Assembly: GCA_016784385.1 (NCBI GenBank)
Contig: JADHUT010000004.1
Location: 1 to 49,540, forward strand
Length of the DNA: 49,540 nt
DNA from: Candidatus Microgenomates bacterium
GTDB taxonomy: Bacteria > Patescibacteriota > Microgenomatia > UBA8517
Direction: 5' to 3'
Shown in pieces: positions 44,686 through 49,540 of this stretch. Position 1 is the stretch's first letter. The number at the start of each line of letters is the position of its first letter. The notes beneath the pieces are model-generated. The model was not told the DNA's origin. It saw only the letters and a list, made by a program, of their open reading frames with translations, and ran no database searches. A program made the translations under genes and the position numbers.

Positions 44686-44936
44686 CAGTATACTATATAG
44701 ATCAAAATTATTCTTCTTGACAAAGAAAAATAATAATTTATAGTAATTCCTTATGGGTTTAGGCAAAGATAGTGGAGACACAACAGAGAACGCAACCAAC
44801 AAGAAAAAACAAATTCCAGTGGGTCCACAACTACCAAAAAGAACTTGTGTACACCAAGCAGTGGAAACCGGCCGTATGGTTAGGGACTTTAATATTGGTC
44901 ATAGGCCCCGTGTTCAGGCAAACAATACTAAATAAT

Positions 44937-44966
44937 TTGACATTTGGGTTTTGGTTGGCATATTCT
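44937..44966 (+). promoter_or_regulatory. Promoter of the Bro-N/nuclease pair
   Basis: TTGACA (44937-44942), an 18-nt spacer, then TATTCT (44961-44966). The ATG at 44973 follows 6 nt later. Confidence 0.45.
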
Positions 44967-44972
44967 TAATGT

Positions 44973-45809
44973 ATGTCTATTACACTTTCAGTATTTGAAC
45001 AAAAAAGAATTCGCAGATCTTGGAATGATAAATCAGAAAAATGGTATTTTTCAGTTGTTGATGTAATACATGCTTTAACTGACAGTAAAAACCCTCAAGT
45101 ATATTGGAGAGTTTTAAAAAAAAGGCTTATTGATGAAGGATCTGGTGAAACCGTTACAAAATGTAACGGTTTGAAAATGAAAGCCATTGATGGTAAGTCA
45201 CGATTAACGGATGTTGCTGATACAGAAACACTTTTTCGTTTGATACAATCCATTCCCTCACCCAAGGCTGAACCCTTCAAATTATGGCTTGCGAGAGTCG
45301 GGTATGAAAGGGTAGAAGAAGCAGAAGACCCAGAAAGGGCAATACAAAGAGCGTTAAACACCTACCTTAAAAAAGGGTATACCAAAAATTGGGTCGATTT
45401 ACGACTTAAAAGTATTGAAATCAGAAAAGATTTGACTGATGAGTGGGTAGAAAGAGGGATAAAAACATCCAAAGATTTTGCAATTTTAACTGATGATATT
45501 ACTTTTGCCTGGGCGGGTATGAGAACGAAAAGTTATAAAAAATATAAAAGTCTAAAAAAACAAAATTTGCGAGACAATATGACAAATTTAGAATTAGTTT
45601 TAAATATGTTAGCAGAGGCATCTACTAAAGAAATTTCAAGAAAGGAAAAACCTGATACTTTTCCTAAAAACAGAAGTGTGGCACGTAAAGGAGGGGGTGT
45701 TGCGGGAGTTGCTAGAAGGAACTTGGAAAAAAGATTGGGCGAGAAAGTAATTACAAAATCGAGCTACATAAAAAGCAAAAAAAGGTTAGAATTAAAAAAT
45801 GTCAGATAA
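44973..45809 (+). CDS. Bro-N domain protein (phage antirepressor-like), paralogue 2
   Basis: FEQKRIRRSWNDKSEKWYFSVVDVIHALT plus the shared IQSIPSPKAEPFKLWLA and DLTDEW blocks. 278 aa, like ORF 13719-14555. Confidence 0.6.
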   Translation: MSITLSVFEQKRIRRSWNDKSEKWYFSVVDVIHALTDSKNPQVYWRVLKKRLIDEGSGETVTKCNGLKMKAIDGKSRLTDVADTETLFRLIQSIPSPKAEPFKLWLARVGYERVEEAEDPERAIQRALNTYLKKGYTKNWVDLRLKSIEIRKDLTDEWVERGIKTSKDFAILTDDITFAWAGMRTKSYKKYKSLKKQNLRDNMTNLELVLNMLAEASTKEISRKEKPDTFPKNRSVARKGGGVAGVARRNLEKRLGEKVITKSSYIKSKKRLELKNVR

Positions 45810-46641
45810 TTTCGTAGCTGATAAATACAAAGCCACTTGGGTGAGTCACAGCTCAATTTCAGATTTTTTGGTTTGCCCCAGAGGCTACTACCTTCGTAAT
45901 GTTTACAAAGATCCCCTGACTGGACACAAAGTAACAGTCACTTCACCTGCACTCTCTTTAGGTTCTGCAGTTCATGAGGTTGTAGAGTCCCTGTCAGTAC
46001 TTCCAGTAGAAGAAAGGTTAACAACTCCACTAAAAGAGAAGTTTAATGTGGTGTGGGAAAAAGTAAGTGGGAAAATGGGAGGATTTGAAAGTGATACCCA
46101 AGAAGATGAATTTAAAGCCAGAGGAGTTAAAATGCTTGAAAGGGTGGAAAAACACCCTGGACCAATTTTAAAAAAGGCTGTTAAAATTCCATCAACTTTT
46201 ATCCCTAATTATTATCTTTCAGAGGAGGATGAAATAATTCTTTGTGGAAAAGTAGATTGGTTGGAATACAAGAAAAAAGATGATTCATTAAACATTATTG
46301 ACTTCAAAACAGGTAAATACGAAGAGAAACAAGAATCACTCCAACTTCCTATATACCTTCTTCTGGTAACAAACACACAAAAAAGAAAAGTGAGTGGAGC
46401 ATCTTATTGGTACCTCAATAAAGACAACAAACCCACAAAACAAGAGCTTCCTGATGAAAAGCAGTCTTTCGAAAAAGTCTACGAGGTAGCAAAACGCATA
46501 AAACTGGCAAGACAACTGCAACACTTCAAATGTCCCCACAATGGTTGCATGAAATGTACCCCATTAGAGAGAGTCTTGAGAGGGGATGGAGAAAAAGTGG
46601 GAGTTAGTGACACAAAACAAGATATTTATATTTTGAATTAG
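45799..46641 (+). CDS. PD-(D/E)XK nuclease, Cas4/RecB-like with a Cys cluster
   Basis: GKVDWLEY...IIDFKTGK (D...D/ExK) and QLPIYLL (QxxxY). Four Cys are present, FLVCPRGYY and CPHNGCMKC, compatible with an Fe-S cluster. It overlaps the Bro-N gene by 11 nt. Confidence 0.7.
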   Translation: MSDNFVADKYKATWVSHSSISDFLVCPRGYYLRNVYKDPLTGHKVTVTSPALSLGSAVHEVVESLSVLPVEERLTTPLKEKFNVVWEKVSGKMGGFESDTQEDEFKARGVKMLERVEKHPGPILKKAVKIPSTFIPNYYLSEEDEIILCGKVDWLEYKKKDDSLNIIDFKTGKYEEKQESLQLPIYLLLVTNTQKRKVSGASYWYLNKDNKPTKQELPDEKQSFEKVYEVAKRIKLARQLQHFKCPHNGCMKCTPLERVLRGDGEKVGVSDTKQDIYILN

Positions 46642-47080
46642 TTACCCCAACCGTTTTCGAAAAATGGAATACTTTTCTTGTAATTCCCTATAGCTTCTTT
46701 GACATAGGGTAATAGATTATCTGGTAGATCATTTAAATCAAACCAACTTATATCATCACATTTGTCTGGTTCCATAATTTTAGGTTCACCATTCCATTTT
46801 TTAGCTACAAAGAAAAAATCAATATACTCTTGGTCGGGATAATATCTATGAATTACTGTTGCAGGAAGTAAATCTGCTTTTACACTTTCAATATCAGCTT
46901 CTTCTTTTGCTTCTCTGATCATTGCTGTACTAACAGGTTATTTCCATCAATATGGCCTGCCACCAAACTATAATGTCCATCCTTCCATCCAGTTTTAAAT
47001 CTTCTCGCCAATAGTATTTTATTTTTCTTTAAAAGAATTAAATAAACTGCTGATCGTATTAAAAATCTTTCTGATGACAT
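46638..47080 (-). pseudogene. Nudix hydrolase gene split by a frameshift inside the Nudix box
   Basis: The upstream ORF ends ...YSLVAGHIDGNNLLVQQ*. The downstream ORF starts MIREAKEEADIE. The second frame reads PVSTAMIREAKEE just upstream. Together these reconstruct GX5EX7REUXEEXGU only if one indel is corrected. Confidence 0.65.
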
Positions 47081-47195
47081 AAAAAAGATTATATCAAATG
47101 TTTGAAAAAGAAATTGTACCACCTAAATTGGTACGTGTTTAGAATTTTGTGTCCATGAAACATTGTTGTGAAATAAATATGGTAAAATAATTTCA

Positions 47196-47747
47196 ATGGA
47201 ATCTAGTACACAGGAAATAAACACCCCTAGACCTGATCAGGTCATGGATTATGATGCGATATTAAGCACTCGAAGAGAATTAACTCCAGAGAATCTTACT
47301 TCAATTGGTGATCTTATTGACGTGTCGATGGAAATCTTACAAGAAGAAGGTACTGATAAGAAAACAGGATTCAGAACAGCCTATTTGATGACTAGAAAAA
47401 TAACAAGTAGCAATTTCTTTAATAAGAAATCCGTTGCAGGTGGTAATCGATTTTATGTAATGATTAGAGACTTAAAAGCTGGAAATGAATTTGCGAATAA
47501 AATAGATGGTCTTATAATTCATTGTAAAAAAGTAGGTCACAACCTCGAACCAATTAGTGAAGAACAATGGTCATTGCCAAGAAGTAGACAATTTACTAAA
47601 AATGATAGGTATTTATCAAGCGTAAGTGGAAAAGATGAGGACTGGAAGTTAATTGATGAATTAACTAATGATTTAAAAGTAAATAAGAAAGTGTATAAAA
47701 AGGCGATAAACATAGAAAAAGACCTGTTCGACAAAAGAACAAGATAG
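47196..47747 (+). CDS. Hypothetical protein (183 aa)
   Basis: ORF preceded by TGgTAAAAT (47180-47188), which ends 7 nt upstream. No recognisable motif. Confidence 0.4.
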   Translation: MESSTQEINTPRPDQVMDYDAILSTRRELTPENLTSIGDLIDVSMEILQEEGTDKKTGFRTAYLMTRKITSSNFFNKKSVAGGNRFYVMIRDLKAGNEFANKIDGLIIHCKKVGHNLEPISEEQWSLPRSRQFTKNDRYLSSVSGKDEDWKLIDELTNDLKVNKKVYKKAINIEKDLFDKRTR

Positions 47748-47757
47748 GCCACATTAT

Positions 47758-48150
47758 TCATATAGCCAGCCTTGCGCGAATTTCAACATCATCATACAAG
47801 TCTTTTGCTTGTTGATACAAGAGTTGGGTTATGTGTAAATACTCTTTGTAAATTTTCTTCTCCTTTTTGCTTAAGTTCTTTGTGTTTCTCATACTATCTC
47901 TTAAAGATATTTCTTTATATAATCCCAGAGCTTGTCTATATGTATAGTTTGCATGGCGGAATGCATACTTATTGGGAATTCTTTTTAACCAATCTTTTTC
48001 AGTTTCATCACTTTTAACAATTGGCGCAGAATCAAAAAAAATATTAATACGATACAAAACTCTGTCAAATTTTCTTAAGAAACGCGGAAAATGGAAATTT
48101 TGAAACAAAAAACTTCTGTATCTGATTTGTCTTTTTATCCTATTTTCCAT
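47758..48150 (-). CDS. Hypothetical basic protein (130 aa)
   Basis: ORF only. It is divergent from the restriction-modification gene and convergent with ORF 47196-47747. Confidence 0.4.
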   Translation of the reverse strand: MENRIKRQIRYRSFLFQNFHFPRFLRKFDRVLYRINIFFDSAPIVKSDETEKDWLKRIPNKYAFRHANYTYRQALGLYKEISLRDSMRNTKNLSKKEKKIYKEYLHITQLLYQQAKDLYDDVEIRARLAI

Positions 48151-48197
48151 CCCACAATCCTAGCACAAAATGGGATTAGGTAGTAAAATATATCGGG

Positions 48198-49472
48198 ATG
48201 AGAGAATCTATAGAAAAATACATTCAAGATATAAGCAAAAAATTTAGACATGAGGAAACTAGCGAGATGGGTTACAGATCAGAATTCGAATTATTACTTC
48301 AAAAGATATTTGAGTCAATAAAAATTAGAAGGATTGACCACGATGCCAAATCAAAAGAAGGAAATAAACCTGATTTTGCAGTATTGAGCGGTGATATTCC
48401 ACTTGTTTATATAGAGACTAAAAATATTGGAATTTCACTTGATAAAATTGAAAAGTCAGAACAAATGAGTCGTTACTTTGGCTATTCAAATTTGGTACTT
48501 ACAGACTATCTTGAGTTTAGATTTTATAGAAATGGTCTTCCATATGGAGAACCTGTAAAAATTGCTGATTATGACATTAAAAATAGGTCGATCAATCCGA
48601 TCAGTGAAAATTACGAATTACTTGCAAAAACGCTTTTAGAATTTACTCAAAGTTACAAAGAACCCATCAAGTCAGGTAAACACTTATCTAAGATAATGGG
48701 CGGAAAAGCTCAAAGAATGAGAGACAACATCAGACAGTTCTACTCTTTAGAAAAAGACAGTAACACTGATCTAATACGACTATATGAAACCATTAAAAAA
48801 CTACTTGTTCACAATCTTACAATCGAATCTTTTTCCGACATGTACTCCCAGACCCTTGTTTATGGCTTATTTGTGGCACGATATCATGACAAAACCTTGG
48901 GGAATTTTTCAAGACATGAGGCAAGAGAACTAATACCCAATTCAAATCCTCTATTAAGGCATTTCTTTGATCACATTGTGGGGGCCGATTTTGACAAACG
49001 ACTTAAATATATAGTTGATGAGTTGTGCTCTATTTTTTCACACACCAATATTAAACAATTAATGAAGGAATATTTTAAAGAAGATTTATGGGGAGAAACA
49101 CATAAAGGCCCGGATCCAGTTATCCATTTTTATGAAGACTTTCTAGAAGAATATGATCCTATTCTCAAGAAGAAAATGGGTGCTTATTATACACCACTTT
49201 CTGTTGTTAATTTTATGATCAAATCAGTAGATTCAATTCTTAAAGAAGATTTCAATTTATCTGCTGGGTTAGCTGATACTTCTAAGACAAAGGAAGGTTT
49301 ACATAAAGTTCAAGTTTTAGATCCTGCAACAGGTACGGGGACTTTTATTAGTGCCATTATTGGAAAAATATATAAAGAACATTTTGTAGACAAGGGACAA
49401 AATGTCAAGTACCCCTTTTGTTGTACACACTTTCTAAACGAGTGTGTGTTTAGAAAGTGTGTATCTGTTTGA
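48198..49472 (+). CDS. N-terminal ~400 aa of an MmeI-like Type IIG restriction endonuclease/N6-adenine methyltransferase (truncated or interrupted)
   Basis: N-terminal PD-ExK nuclease block (NKPDFAV...LVYIETKNIGISLDKIEKSEQMSRYFGY), GAYYTPLSVVNFM and methyltransferase motif I VLDPATGTGTF. The ORF stops about 25 codons later, before any NPPY/F motif IV or target-recognition domain. Confidence 0.65.
   Translation: MRESIEKYIQDISKKFRHEETSEMGYRSEFELLLQKIFESIKIRRIDHDAKSKEGNKPDFAVLSGDIPLVYIETKNIGISLDKIEKSEQMSRYFGYSNLVLTDYLEFRFYRNGLPYGEPVKIADYDIKNRSINPISENYELLAKTLLEFTQSYKEPIKSGKHLSKIMGGKAQRMRDNIRQFYSLEKDSNTDLIRLYETIKKLLVHNLTIESFSDMYSQTLVYGLFVARYHDKTLGNFSRHEARELIPNSNPLLRHFFDHIVGADFDKRLKYIVDELCSIFSHTNIKQLMKEYFKEDLWGETHKGPDPVIHFYEDFLEEYDPILKKKMGAYYTPLSVVNFMIKSVDSILKEDFNLSAGLADTSKTKEGLHKVQVLDPATGTGTFISAIIGKIYKEHFVDKGQNVKYPFCCTHFLNECVFRKCVSV
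49425..49462. repeat. Perfect 15-bp inverted repeat (hairpin) at the truncation point
   Basis: ACACACTTTCTAAAC (49425-49439), loop GAGTGTGT, then GTTTAGAAAGTGTGT (49448-49462). Confidence 0.85.
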
Positions 49473-49540
49473 AGGATAACGGTGGCATTTTTAGTACGGT
49501 GTGAATTCTAAAGGTATTGTACTTAACAATTGTTGTATGT

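Noticed and set aside
44686-44972. Slightly GC-richer spacer with small ORFs (44753-44935 and 44772-44969), considered as a possible ncRNA or small protein gene.
   Set aside because: I could not fold a convincing conserved structure by eye, and the ORFs have no motif. It is most simply the divergent promoter region of the Ig-like protein gene and the Bro-N gene.
1-49540. Use of an alternative genetic code (UGA reassigned, as in some candidate phyla).
   Set aside because: Several recognisable genes here, including murC, the GlmU-like gene and the methyltransferase, terminate at TGA exactly where the next gene starts (ATGA overlaps). Conserved proteins have normal lengths. This points to the standard bacterial code.

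Overview
AT-rich, very gene-dense bacterial DNA using the standard genetic code. TGA stops coincide with gene ends, and many start/stop overlaps are only 1-14 nt. Gene content and style suggest a small-genome Patescibacteria/CPR-like organism; this is inference only. Positions 30-30406 hold an unusually complete peptidoglycan/division (dcw) supercluster: ftsI, murA, murE, a GlmU-like gene, yvcK-like, glmS, nagB-like, murC, murB, murD, murI, murF, femX-like, mraY, ftsW, murG, ftsQ-like, ftsA, ftsZ and rodA. Accessory material interrupts this cluster. It includes a likely glmS ribozyme, a 30-bp tandem repeat array, and a Bro-N gene translationally coupled between murB and murD. It also includes a hydrolase/DegT/FemAB block, a decayed MNT/HEPN toxin-antitoxin pair, and a complete IS30-family element with inverted repeats and a 3-bp target duplication. 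Positions 30.8-34.3 kb carry housekeeping genes: rplU, rpmA, parB, lepB, an IMPDH-family gene and tRNA-Val(CAC). Positions 34.3-44.7 kb form a cell-envelope region. It encodes a secreted LamG/C39-like protein, a methyltransferase, GT4 and GT2 glycosyltransferases, an HS6ST-like sulfotransferase, a flippase, an O-antigen-ligase-like protein and an Ig-like protein. Positions 44.9-49.5 kb look like a small, partly decayed defense or mobile island. It holds a second Bro-N paralogue overlapping a Cas4-like PD-(D/E)XK nuclease, a frameshifted Nudix gene, two unknown ORFs and a truncated MmeI-like Type IIG restriction-modification gene. That gene ends at a perfect 15-bp hairpin. The candidates for new biology are the short repeat family with in-frame copies inside murC and murD, the Bro-N + nuclease module, and the recurrent -10 boxes 6-9 nt upstream of start codons (leaderless architecture). 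No database searches were possible. All family calls rest on motifs read from the ORF translations and on recalled consensus sequences.
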